Shown: positions 47,080 through 55,107, counted from the first letter of the stretch. The stretch is DNA of 64,000 bases from a candidate division WOR-3 bacterium (GCA_023129325.1 JAGMCI010000017.1:13252-77251), one strand, 5' to 3'. Notes: generated by a model not told the origin, from the letters alone. Translations and numbers: made by a program.

Positions 47080-48416
47080 TATACCTCCTGCCGTCCGTTC
47101 TTATCAACTCGACTTGTTGATTTAGAACAGCGAGCATCCCGCACCGTATGGTGCGGGAATTCATTCTTAGTTGTATCTATTAGTAAAGATTTTACTCCAC
47201 AAGGTTTGCCATTATTGATGTAAATACGCGGGACCCTTGGACATATATTGGTAAGTATTTCATAACTAATAGTTCCTGCAAGTTTAGCAACTTCATCGCA
47301 ACTTATACCATTGCCAATAAGAGTAACTTTGTCACCTATTTTTACATCAGGAATATGAGTTACATCAACCATAGTAAGGTCCATACACACAGCCCCAACA
47401 ACTTTAGCCCGTTTACTCTTTATAACAACAATTCCCTTATTTGAAAGGCTCCGTGGATAGCCATCTCCATAACCAACAGATAAGGTGGCAATTTTGCTTG
47501 ATTCATTAGTAATGTAGGTTCTGCCATAAGAAATTGGAGTCCCCGGAGGAACTAACTTTAACTGGCAAACCCGGGTATAAAGATTTAAAATTGGTTTTAC
47601 CTCAATTGAGCTTGTGTGCACTGATGGATATAAGCCATAGAGCAAAAGTCCTGGTCTTATCATATTAAAATAAGAATCGGGAAATCCAAGTATAGCCGCA
47701 GAGTTCGCAGTATGAACCAAAGGCACTTGAATTCCCTTATTTTGTAATTCCTGAATTAAAGCATTAAATTTTTCAAGTTGATTAAGTGTAAAATTTTTAT
47801 CTCCCCCGCCTGCAGGATGTCGGGCAGGTCTTTCTGTTTCAGCAAAATGAGTAAACAGACCGTCTAACTTAAGATTCTTTAATTCAAGCACCTTAAGGAT
47901 AAAATCTATGGCTTCAGTGTAAGGGGTCCCAGTCCTGCCCATTCCAGTATCAACCTCAATATTGATTTTGATAATTTTACCCGCTTCTTTGGCACGCTTA
48001 TTAAGTTCAATAGCAAAAGGATAATATGTAACTGTTGGTATAAAGTCATTAGATACCTGCCCGCTCGCCTCGCTCTCGCTCCGGCGAAGCGGGCTGCTCT
48101 GCTTTGGCAGGCGGGTAAGTTTTGGCACATCGCTTACTAAAATGGGTGAAAGAATTACTATTGGTAAACCTATTTCGGCTAACTCACAAGCCTCATCAAT
48201 TGAGGCTACTCCCAACATATCAATTCCTTCCTCTTTTAATGTTTTTGATATTTCTCGTGCCCCATGTCCATAAGCGGCAGCTTTAACAGCTGCTAAAATC
48301 CTCACCTTACTATTTGATTTGTTAATAGTTTGATAGCTTGAAAGCCTTTCTTTTAGAGCTTTTACATTAGACTTTAACTTATCTAAGTCCACTACTGCCC
48401 AAGTTCTGCCATCCAT
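47079..48416 (-). CDS. alr: alanine racemase
   Basis: PLP-lysine motif AAVKAAAYGHG, HFA and YGDGYPR. Two in-frame repeat insertions, plus a C-terminal extension read through the downstream leader element. Confidence 0.85.
   Translation of the reverse strand: MDGRTWAVVDLDKLKSNVKALKERLSSYQTINKSNSKVRILAAVKAAAYGHGAREISKTLKEEGIDMLGVASIDEACELAEIGLPIVILSPILVSDVPKLTRLPKQSSPLRRSESEASGQVSNDFIPTVTYYPFAIELNKRAKEAGKIIKINIEVDTGMGRTGTPYTEAIDFILKVLELKNLKLDGLFTHFAETERPARHPAGGGDKNFTLNQLEKFNALIQELQNKGIQVPLVHTANSAAILGFPDSYFNMIRPGLLLYGLYPSVHTSSIEVKPILNLYTRVCQLKLVPPGTPISYGRTYITNESSKIATLSVGYGDGYPRSLSNKGIVVIKSKRAKVVGAVCMDLTMVDVTHIPDVKIGDKVTLIGNGISCDEVAKLAGTISYEILTNICPRVPRIYINNGKPCGVKSLLIDTTKNEFPHHTVRDARCSKSTSRVDKNGRQEV
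47080..47158 (-). repeat. two-hairpin leader element plus SD, copy C, upstream of the DUF1844 gene (also read as the alr C-terminus)
   Basis: It shares ACCTCCTGCCGTCCGTTCTT and GCGAGCATCCCGCAC with copy B. The loops differ. Confidence 0.85.
47805..47827. repeat. reverse-complement copy of CTGCCCGACRTCCTGCAGGCGGG in frame in alr
   Basis: One mismatch to 34908-34930. It encodes RPARHPAGGG. Confidence 0.8.
48056..48115. repeat. same family, in frame in alr
   Basis: CCTGCCCGCTCGCCTCGCTCTCGCTCCGGCGAAGCGGGCTG...GGCAGGCGGG encodes LPKQSSPLRRSESEASGQV. Confidence 0.8.
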
Positions 48417-48464
48417 TTAAATTAATTATATTATATTTTTTAAAAATTGCAAGTTTTTTTCTTC

Positions 48465-48492
48465 TTGACTTTTTACCTTTTGAATTTATGAT
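48465..48492 (+). promoter_or_regulatory. possible promoter TTGACT-16-TATGAT overlapping the first ATGs
   Basis: TTGACT at 48465-48470 and TATGAT at 48487-48492. In-frame ATGs at 48497 and 48500 would then be leaderless starts. Confidence 0.35.
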
Positions 48493-49333
48493 GAAAATGA
48501 TGAAGTTATTATTTGGCACTGCTGGTGTTCCTTTATCAGCTACTTCAAGGACCACGGAGAGCGGTATCCAAAAAATAAATGAATTAGGACTCGATTGCAT
48601 GGAACTTGAATTTGTAAGGGGTGTGAAGATGGGGTCCGAAAAGGCGCAAGTTGTGAGGAAAATAGCTGATAATCTTGGAGTCCAGCTTACAGTCCATAGT
48701 CCTTATTATATAAATCTGAATTCAAAAGAACCTGATAAAGTTAAAGCTTCTAAACAACGAATCCTTGATTCAGCTAAAATAGGTGCACTTGCTGGGGCAC
48801 ACTCAGTTACTTTCCATGCCGCTTATTATATGGGAATGAATCCTAAAGAAGTGTATCAAATAGTGAAAGATGCTCTTCTTGAGATTATGGAAAACTTAAA
48901 TCAAACTAACATACGCATTGATATAAGTCCTGAGACTACAGGCAAGCTTTCACAATTTGGGACTCTTGAGGAAATTATTAGTTTAGCTAAAGAGATTCCA
49001 GGAGTCAAGCCATGTATTGATTTTGCCCATCTCCATGCGAGAGGAGGCGGAAAGCCAAATTCGTATAACGAATTTATGAAAATTATTGAATTAGTGAAGG
49101 AAGAACTTGGCTCATTTGCCCTAAAAGATATGCATCTCCATATATCTGGGATACATTATGGACCAAAAGGTGAACTTAATCACCTTACATTTGAGGACCC
49201 AGAGTCCAAATTCAGATACAAGGAACTGTTACAGGTTTTAAAGGATGAAAATGTAAGTGGATTTTTAATTTGCGAGTCTCCAACACTTGAAATCGATGCC
49301 CTCCTTATCAAAAATATTTACCGAAACCTTTAA
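48488..49333 (+). CDS. endonuclease IV-like (AP endonuclease family 2, xylose-isomerase-like TIM barrel) protein
   Basis: HSPYYINLNS, SPETTG and IDFAHLHARGG resemble Nfo motifs HAPYLINL / E..AG / DTCH. The real start may be ATG 48500 (leaderless). Confidence 0.6.
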   Translation: MMKMMKLLFGTAGVPLSATSRTTESGIQKINELGLDCMELEFVRGVKMGSEKAQVVRKIADNLGVQLTVHSPYYINLNSKEPDKVKASKQRILDSAKIGALAGAHSVTFHAAYYMGMNPKEVYQIVKDALLEIMENLNQTNIRIDISPETTGKLSQFGTLEEIISLAKEIPGVKPCIDFAHLHARGGGKPNSYNEFMKIIELVKEELGSFALKDMHLHISGIHYGPKGELNHLTFEDPESKFRYKELLQVLKDENVSGFLICESPTLEIDALLIKNIYRNL

Positions 49334-49367
49334 AATTTTTCAGGTAGTTATAATTCCAAATAGTTAT

Positions 49368-49420
49368 TGTAGGCACGATTTCCTTCGGGCCGAGTCTCAG
49401 GACGAGGTCAAATCGTGCAG
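49368..49420. repeat. TGTAGGCAC-family hairpin with 28-nt cargo
   Basis: TGTAG-GCACGATTT-(28 nt)-AAATCGTGC, with perfect 9-bp arms. Confidence 0.85.
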
Positions 49421-49481
49421 ATAGTCTAAAGCTTGTGGATAGACTCTTTCGCAGTATATCTGCAGTTTTGCACATAATTAG

Positions 49482-49510
49482 TTGACAGCTTAACTTTTTT
49501 AAGATATAAT
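49482..49510 (+). promoter_or_regulatory. consensus sigma70 promoter TTGACA-17-TATAAT; nfi ATG 7 nt downstream (leaderless)
   Basis: TTGACA at 49482-49487, TATAAT at 49505-49510, ATG at 49517. Confidence 0.65.
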
Positions 49511-49516
49511 TAAACT

Positions 49517-50209
49517 ATGGATTGGAGTCTTTCATCCGTTAGCCCGCTTCGCCGAAGCTTCAGCGAGGCGAGCCGGCGGAAAGCATTTAAAATGCAGGAA
49601 GAACTTAGTCAGAAATTAATTTTGGAACCTGTAACCTACAATTTTAAATCTATTTGTGGAACAGATGTTGCTTTCACTACCAATAATAGTGGGATAGCTT
49701 ATGCTGTTTGTTGTTTATTTTCATTTCCTGAGTTAAAGTTAATTGAAGAGTCAAGGGCAACTATGCCTATAAATTATCCTTATATACCAGGGCTTTTTGC
49801 CTTTAGAGAGGGTCCTATTTTACTTAAAGTAATTAAGAAGCTCCACGTTGAACCTGATATTATTTTGTTTGATGGGCACGGTATTGCTCATCCAAGGGGA
49901 TTTGGGTTAGCATCACATCTTGGTTATTTACTCAGTAAACCAACAATTGGCTGTGCTAAGACAAGATTGGTTGGAGAATATAAAGAGCCTGGAGCGAAAC
50001 AAGGTTCCTCGTCACTGCTTACTTTAAACAAAAAAATTATTGGAGCGGCGGTAAGGACAAAAGATGGGATAAAACCTGTCTTTATCTCGCCTGGTAATTT
50101 AATCGACCTTGAAACATCTATAAAAATAATTCTCTCTGTTTCTCAAGGTTATAGGATTCCTGAGCCCTTAAGACTTGCACATATAAAAAGTCGTAAAATT
50201 GCTTTGTAA
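49517..50209 (+). CDS. nfi: endonuclease V (deoxyinosine 3-prime endonuclease)
   Basis: GTDVAF, YIPGLFAFREGP and DGHGIAHPRGFGLASHLG. The N-terminal SPLRRSFSEASRRK is repeat-encoded. Confidence 0.85.
   Translation: MDWSLSSVSPLRRSFSEASRRKAFKMQEELSQKLILEPVTYNFKSICGTDVAFTTNNSGIAYAVCCLFSFPELKLIEESRATMPINYPYIPGLFAFREGPILLKVIKKLHVEPDIILFDGHGIAHPRGFGLASHLGYLLSKPTIGCAKTRLVGEYKEPGAKQGSSSLLTLNKKIIGAAVRTKDGIKPVFISPGNLIDLETSIKIILSVSQGYRIPEPLRLAHIKSRKIAL
49542..49579. repeat. same family, in the nfi N-terminus
   Basis: GCCCGCTTCGCCGAAGCTTCAGCGAGGCGAGCCGGCGG encodes SPLRRSFSEASRR. Confidence 0.8.
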
Positions 50210-50223
50210 GTGAAGGAGGTAAA

Positions 50224-51525
50224 ATGATATATGCACTTTTGTTTCTTATTGGCTGGTCAAACTGGCTTGGAATATATCTTAAAGGTGAGAAGGTCGGATA
50301 TACGCAGGTATTAACCGAGAAGATAGCCGATGGCTATAAAATATCCGAACTAACTCATATGAAGCTCTCAATGATGGGTATGGAAAGAGAATTGAAATCC
50401 ATTTCCCAGTATGAGGTAGCACCTGATTTTAGCCTTAAATCCTTTACTTTTGAGCTTGAAACCGAAGCCCAAAAGATTTTAACAAGGGGAGAGATAAAAG
50501 ATAGTGAACTTAAAATACTTATAAAAACTGGTGGCACGACTCAAACTAAGTCTATCTCTTTTAAAAAAAAGGTTTTTCCTGTTACTGCCCTGCCTATGTT
50601 AGCTCCTAAATTTACAAAATCCTCTAAAAAAATAGAAGTCTTTGACCCATCAATTCAAGCTATAAATCCAGCAACCTGTAAATTACTTGAAACTCGACGT
50701 GATTCAATTAAAGTTAAGATTACTATACTTGGAGCTTCATCAATAGCCTGGGTTAGACACAATGGTATCCTTTTATCTGAAAGTCAGCCGATGGGAATTT
50801 TTACTAAAAAAGAATCCAAAGAAGAGGCAATAAAAATTGGTGAAATATCACCTGAAGTGCTTACCCTTTTTGGCATTCCATCAAATGTTGAAATTAAAAA
50901 TCCAAGACAGGTAAAAAATTTAAAACTCATTGTTAAGGGTAAATTTCTTGAAAATGAGAGACAAAAAAGATTTGGTGACACCCTTATAATTCAAGTTCTA
51001 GGACCAAAGCCCAAAGCTGGTGGTTGTTGGGCACGAATAAGCACAGGACCAAAAGAATATTTAAAACCAACGCCATTTATTCAATGCAAAGATAAAAGAA
51101 TTGTGGATTTGGCTCATCGCATTATTGGCAAAACTCGCAATCCATGGGACAAAGTCAAAAAACTTATAAATTGGGTCTCAGACAATATCCGGGATATGCC
51201 AACTGTCACTATTCCGTCAGCATTAGATGTTCTCGAAACTATGGAAGGCGACTGTGGTGAACACTCTATACTCTTTGTGGCTCTTGTAAGGGCTTGTAAA
51301 ATACCGGCTCGTGTAGTTGTGGGGCTTGTTTACACAGGAGACGGTTTTTATTATCATGCTTGGGCAAAAGTATGGGTTGGGAGATGGGTTGAAGTTGACC
51401 CTACATTCAGGGAGTCGATTGCTGACGCAACCCATATTGCGCTTGCTGAAGGCGGACTTGAGGAACAAGCAAAAATTATGGACCTTGTTGACAAAATTAA
51501 AATCAAAGTTATTGAATATAATTAA
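50224..51525 (+). CDS. transglutaminase-like domain protein
   Basis: C-terminal GDCGEHSILFVALVRACKIPARVVVGLVY...YHAWAKVWVGRWVEVDPT (Cys-His-Asp core). SD GGAGGT. Confidence 0.7.
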   Translation: MIYALLFLIGWSNWLGIYLKGEKVGYTQVLTEKIADGYKISELTHMKLSMMGMERELKSISQYEVAPDFSLKSFTFELETEAQKILTRGEIKDSELKILIKTGGTTQTKSISFKKKVFPVTALPMLAPKFTKSSKKIEVFDPSIQAINPATCKLLETRRDSIKVKITILGASSIAWVRHNGILLSESQPMGIFTKKESKEEAIKIGEISPEVLTLFGIPSNVEIKNPRQVKNLKLIVKGKFLENERQKRFGDTLIIQVLGPKPKAGGCWARISTGPKEYLKPTPFIQCKDKRIVDLAHRIIGKTRNPWDKVKKLINWVSDNIRDMPTVTIPSALDVLETMEGDCGEHSILFVALVRACKIPARVVVGLVYTGDGFYYHAWAKVWVGRWVEVDPTFRESIADATHIALAEGGLEEQAKIMDLVDKIKIKVIEYN

Positions 51526-51635
51526 TAAGACTTTTCTGCTCTCTTTGACCTTTTCTCTTTTCTCTTTTCTTTAATTGATTTTTTAGGGCTCTTTTTAACC
51601 TTTTTATCTTTAGCACCCTTATCTTTTCTACCCAT
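51522..51635 (-). CDS. 37-aa lysine/arginine-rich small protein (not in the ORF track)
   Basis: My own translation gives MGRKDKGAKDKKVKKSPKKSIKEKRKEKRSKRAEKSY*. GGAGGA lies 7 nt upstream of the ATG, preceded by TTGACT-16-TATATA. Confidence 0.4.
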   Translation of the reverse strand: MGRKDKGAKDKKVKKSPKKSIKEKRKEKRSKRAEKSY

Positions 51636-51658
51636 AATTTGTCCTCCTTTTTATAATT

Positions 51659-51686
51659 TATATATCACAAGACCAACAGAAGTCAA
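51659..51686 (-). promoter_or_regulatory. divergent promoter TTGACT-16-TATATA for the 37-aa basic ORF
   Basis: Minus-strand read: TTGACT (51686-51681), TATATA (51664-51659), then GGAGGA and ATG 51635. Confidence 0.45.
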
Positions 51687-51694
51687 TAAAAAAC

Positions 51695-51722
51695 TTGACA
51701 AGTAAAAGAAAAAAGATATAAT
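51695..51722 (+). promoter_or_regulatory. promoter TTGACA-16-TATAAT; TTG/ATG start 8-11 nt downstream (leaderless)
   Basis: TTGACA at 51695-51700, TATAAT at 51717-51722, TTG at 51730 and ATG at 51733. Confidence 0.55.
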
Positions 51723-51729
51723 CTTAAAA

Positions 51730-53010
51730 TTGATGAGTATTTTTTTGTTCATTTTCCTTCAAGTTAAGCCTCCTGCACTTGAACTGCCAAAAGTAGTTAT
51801 ATACGGACAAAGAGAGGTAAGGTTAAAAATTATAAAAGGCGAACTTATCCCGGATACTATACCAAGCTATGAACTTCCCGTCCTTAGTCAAGCAAAATTA
51901 GAATCTAAAAAATCTCATTGTCCTGTAAGTTATAAAGGACTTAGTTCTATAATCAGATTTAAAGGCTGTCTGGGAAGAGAAGGAAGCTCAGGAGAAATTG
52001 AGGGATTTTACGGAAAGGAAAATTACTCATTAACTCTTTCATATCTTAAAGATATAGAGAGGCTAAAAGGCGGTCTGCACTTAAAATTAGGAGGAGGTTT
52101 TAAGAATACTTCATTCGGTGCTTGTTATGAGATTAAGGATTATATAGAAAGAGGAAAATATAGTGTATTTAAGATGAACTTAAGCTACACTTTGCCTACT
52201 TTTTTTATAAAAACTGACGCTTTTTGGGGAGAGCTAGAGAAAGAAAAAAAAGAGCTCTTTTTTACCACTTATGGTAATTTTTCTATACCCTTGAAAGCTT
52301 CGGATTTATCAATTATTTTTTGTGCAATGTGGGATAGTCTACCACTCTTTAGCTTGGGTGGGAAAGTTAGGTACAATCTTGAAACCTGGGGCATTGAACC
52401 TGGGGTTAAGATTCTTTCAGAAAAACCATATCTATTACCTCATTTAAAGTTAGGAAACAATAAAATATGGCTTGAATATTTACCGTTTTTTAAACTTAGA
52501 ACAAGAGATGAAGCCTTAAGATATAATAGATTTGTAAACTCTAAAATACACATAGATAAAAGAAAGATACTCAGAGCAGGAGGACAATTTTTAGATTACA
52601 AATTAAATTTTGAATGGATAGAAGATTATCCGTATTTTTTTAAATCCGATTCTTCATATTTACAGGGAGATACCACAATTCTGGCAATTGAAGCTTTGAT
52701 GTGCCAAAAATTAGGAACTAATGAGTCGCCGAAGGCAACTATAAAATTAAGATATAATCTAACCGGGACTCCAGAATATATTCCAAGGTTCATTGGCAGT
52801 TTAAATGTAAACTGGATCCCTCTTACTTTTAATCTTGATTATGGGTGCAGGGATTATAATTACCTGGATTTTAAAATTACTTGGGCTATTCTCAATAATC
52901 TTTCTTTGTTTTTAGATGTTAGGAATCTATTTAATGAAGGAGAAGAAATATTTAAGGTATATTACGAACCAGAGCAAAAGATTTTATTTGGCTTAAATTT
53001 AAAGCTCTAA
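51730..53010 (+). CDS. putative outer-membrane beta-barrel protein
   Basis: Alternating-strand pattern. C-terminus ...LSLFLDVRNLFNEGEEIFKVYYEPEQKILFGLNLKL resembles the TBDR terminal strands (compare DVRNLLNT in the 17832 gene). No plug motif seen. Confidence 0.4.
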   Translation: MMSIFLFIFLQVKPPALELPKVVIYGQREVRLKIIKGELIPDTIPSYELPVLSQAKLESKKSHCPVSYKGLSSIIRFKGCLGREGSSGEIEGFYGKENYSLTLSYLKDIERLKGGLHLKLGGGFKNTSFGACYEIKDYIERGKYSVFKMNLSYTLPTFFIKTDAFWGELEKEKKELFFTTYGNFSIPLKASDLSIIFCAMWDSLPLFSLGGKVRYNLETWGIEPGVKILSEKPYLLPHLKLGNNKIWLEYLPFFKLRTRDEALRYNRFVNSKIHIDKRKILRAGGQFLDYKLNFEWIEDYPYFFKSDSSYLQGDTTILAIEALMCQKLGTNESPKATIKLRYNLTGTPEYIPRFIGSLNVNWIPLTFNLDYGCRDYNYLDFKITWAILNNLSLFLDVRNLFNEGEEIFKVYYEPEQKILFGLNLKL

Positions 53011-53020
53011 GTTAGTTTAC

Positions 53021-53101
53021 CCAGCACATAACTTATGTGCTGGATGCTCGCCGTTCTGAGTCCGTCAGCTGACGGATAAGAACGGACGGCAGGAGGGAGA
53101 A
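53021..53101 (+). repeat. two-hairpin leader element plus SD, copy D, upstream of the second exbB
   Basis: CCAGCACATAACTTATGTGCTGG-ATGCTCG-CCGTTCT-loop(TCCGTCAGCTGACGGA)-AGAACGG-ACGGCAGGAGGG-ATG. Hairpin 1 carries a compensatory C:G to A:T change. Confidence 0.85.
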
Positions 53102-53680
53102 ATGACTTTTTTAAACATTTTAGTCAAAGGCAGTTGGTTAATGATTCCTATTGCCATTTGTTCAGTTATTGCTATTATCATTATTATTGAGCGTTTTTTA
53201 GTTTTATCTCATACAAATTTGCCTTCTGATTTTATTGAACGCTGCAAAGCTATGTTGCAAAAGGGAGACAAGGAAGGGGTCATTAAACTATGTGAAGCTT
53301 ACGACTCACCTATTGCCAGAGTTATAAAGGAAGGCATTGTCAATGGGGAGGAAGCTTTATCTATTAAGGCAAATGAGGAGATTGCAAGTCTTGAGCGTTA
53401 TTTTACTGGTTTAGCCACAATAGTTGGTATTGCCCCTTTACTTGGTTTTCTCGGCACAGTGACAGGAATGATAAGTGCTTTTATGCGAGTTCAGCAACTT
53501 GGCGGAAATGTAAATGCGAGTGTGTTGGCAGGTGGTATTTGGGAAGCATTAGTCACAACAGCAGCTGGACTCGGAGTTGGGATAATCAGTTATATATTTT
53601 ATAATTATTTAGTGGGCAGAGTAAAAAAGATTGCTCAAGTTATGCAAAGTCAAGGATATGAGGTCCTAAAATGCAGATAA
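53102..53680 (+). CDS. exbB: MotA/TolQ/ExbB proton channel protein (second copy)
   Basis: IAPLLGFLGTVTGMISAF...IWEALVTTAAGLGVGI. Confidence 0.85.
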   Translation: MTFLNILVKGSWLMIPIAICSVIAIIIIIERFLVLSHTNLPSDFIERCKAMLQKGDKEGVIKLCEAYDSPIARVIKEGIVNGEEALSIKANEEIASLERYFTGLATIVGIAPLLGFLGTVTGMISAFMRVQQLGGNVNASVLAGGIWEALVTTAAGLGVGIISYIFYNYLVGRVKKIAQVMQSQGYEVLKCR

Positions 53681-54072
53681 AAGCTCGTCACGAACTACTT
53701 TCAAGTTTAAATCCTATATCAATAGCAGATATAGTTCTATTACTACTAATCTTCTTTCTCCTCACTTCAACCTATGTTCTTGAACCCGGCATCAGAGTTA
53801 AGCTTCCAGCATCAACATCAGCTGAGGTCGTATCCAAAAAGGAAATTGTGGTAACAATTACTAAAGAAGGCGAACTCTTCTTGGGAGACAAAAAAGTTGG
53901 ACTGCCTGAATTTGCTACCCTATTAGAAGCAGAGCTGAAGGAATCAGAGCAAAAATTGATAATCATAAGAACAGATAAAGAAGTAGAAGTTGATAGACTT
54001 GTAAGGATAATGGACCTCTCAAGGAGTGCTGGGGGAGAGAAATTCTTCATCGCCACCCGAAGAGCAGAATAA
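53671..54072 (+). CDS. exbD: ExbD/TolR protein (third copy)
   Basis: LNPISIADIVLLLLIFFLLTSTYV TM plus a periplasmic domain. Overlaps the exbB stop. Confidence 0.85.
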   Translation: MQIKARHELLSSLNPISIADIVLLLLIFFLLTSTYVLEPGIRVKLPASTSAEVVSKKEIVVTITKEGELFLGDKKVGLPEFATLLEAELKESEQKLIIIRTDKEVEVDRLVRIMDLSRSAGGEKFFIATRRAE

Positions 54073-54119
54073 TCAACCACACCTGCCCCGATACATCCGG
54101 GGAAGACACAGAGAAAACG

Positions 54120-54152
54120 AACCACTCCGTGGTGAAGGTCGTGGTGAACCAC
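54120..54152. repeat. same element, intergenic (exbD to deacetylase)
   Basis: AACCACTCCGTGGTGAAGGTCGTGGTGAACCAC. Confidence 0.85.
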
Positions 54153-54170
54153 GAAGTGCACGAATAAAAA

Positions 54171-55103
54171 ATGATTAAAATTATTTTTTCTAAAAGATGT
54201 CTTGAATATGAATCTCCGGGACATCCTGAATCACCAAAGAGGGTTAAGATAATATATGACTTCTTGAAATCAAAAAGATATAAATTTATTGAGCCTGAAG
54301 AGTGTAATGAGAAAGACATTTTATTCGTTCATAGTCAGGAGTTATTAAATAAAGTAAAGCAAGGTAATTTCTTTGACCCTGATACCCCATCACTTCCTAA
54401 AATTTATGAATATGCAAAGCTTTCAGTTGAGGATGCAATAAAAGCAATGCAAGTCTCCCTTGAGGGAGACATAGGCTTTTCTATTATGAGGCCACCTGGA
54501 CATCATGCAAATCGGGATTCGCTTGGCGGGTTTTGTTACTTTAATAATATTGCAATTGCAATTGAGCACTTTGTAGGCACAAATTCAATTTGTGCTAAGT
54601 TTGTAGGCGAACCCTTTTCCGCAAAAGGCGGATGTGCCTCTGGCACAAGGGTTCGGAGGGCTGCAATTCTTGATATAGATTGCCATCACGGGAATGGGAC
54701 ACAGGATATATTTTTAGGAAGAAAGGATGTTTTATATGTCTCACTTCACAGGTTTGCTGCCTTTTATCCAGGGACAGGTGGAAAGTCTATTAAAAATGCA
54801 ATAAATTATCCTCTTAAATTTGGGATAGGTGAAAGTGAATATCTTGCAACTCTTGAAAATGCACTTAAAGGAATCAAGAAATTCAATCCCTCAATAATTG
54901 GAGTATCAGTCGGTTTTGATACTTACAAGTTTGACCCTATTGGGGGACTCGGACTTGAAATAAGTTCTTATAGGAAGATTGGGACACTTATCTCAGAACT
55001 AAATATCCCAACTTTTTATGTCCTTGAAGGCGGCTACAGTGACGACCTTCCCAAATGCGTTCTTGAATTTTTGCTTGGAATAAATAAACACAAAATCCTA
55101 TGA
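54171..55103 (+). CDS. histone deacetylase / acetoin-utilisation (arginase-deacetylase fold) family deacetylase
   Basis: RPPGHHA, GFCYFNNIAIA, DIDCHHGNGTQDIF and LEGGY. Confidence 0.8.
   Translation: MIKIIFSKRCLEYESPGHPESPKRVKIIYDFLKSKRYKFIEPEECNEKDILFVHSQELLNKVKQGNFFDPDTPSLPKIYEYAKLSVEDAIKAMQVSLEGDIGFSIMRPPGHHANRDSLGGFCYFNNIAIAIEHFVGTNSICAKFVGEPFSAKGGCASGTRVRRAAILDIDCHHGNGTQDIFLGRKDVLYVSLHRFAAFYPGTGGKSIKNAINYPLKFGIGESEYLATLENALKGIKKFNPSIIGVSVGFDTYKFDPIGGLGLEISSYRKIGTLISELNIPTFYVLEGGYSDDLPKCVLEFLLGINKHKIL
54572..54658. repeat. two tandem TGTAGGC-family hairpins in frame in the deacetylase gene
   Basis: TGTAG-GCACAAATT-c-AATTTGTGC, then TTTGTAGGC-GAACCCTT-(nested hairpins)-AAGGGTTC. It encodes VGTNSICAKFVGEPFSAKGGCASGTRVR. 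Confidence 0.8.
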
Positions 55104-55107
55104 AACC

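Noticed and set aside
53772-54319. Minus-strand ORFs of 150 aa and 90 aa
   Set aside because: They are antisense to exbD and to the deacetylase start, and they contain the translated 33-nt repeat (VVHHDLHHGVV). They are shadow ORFs.
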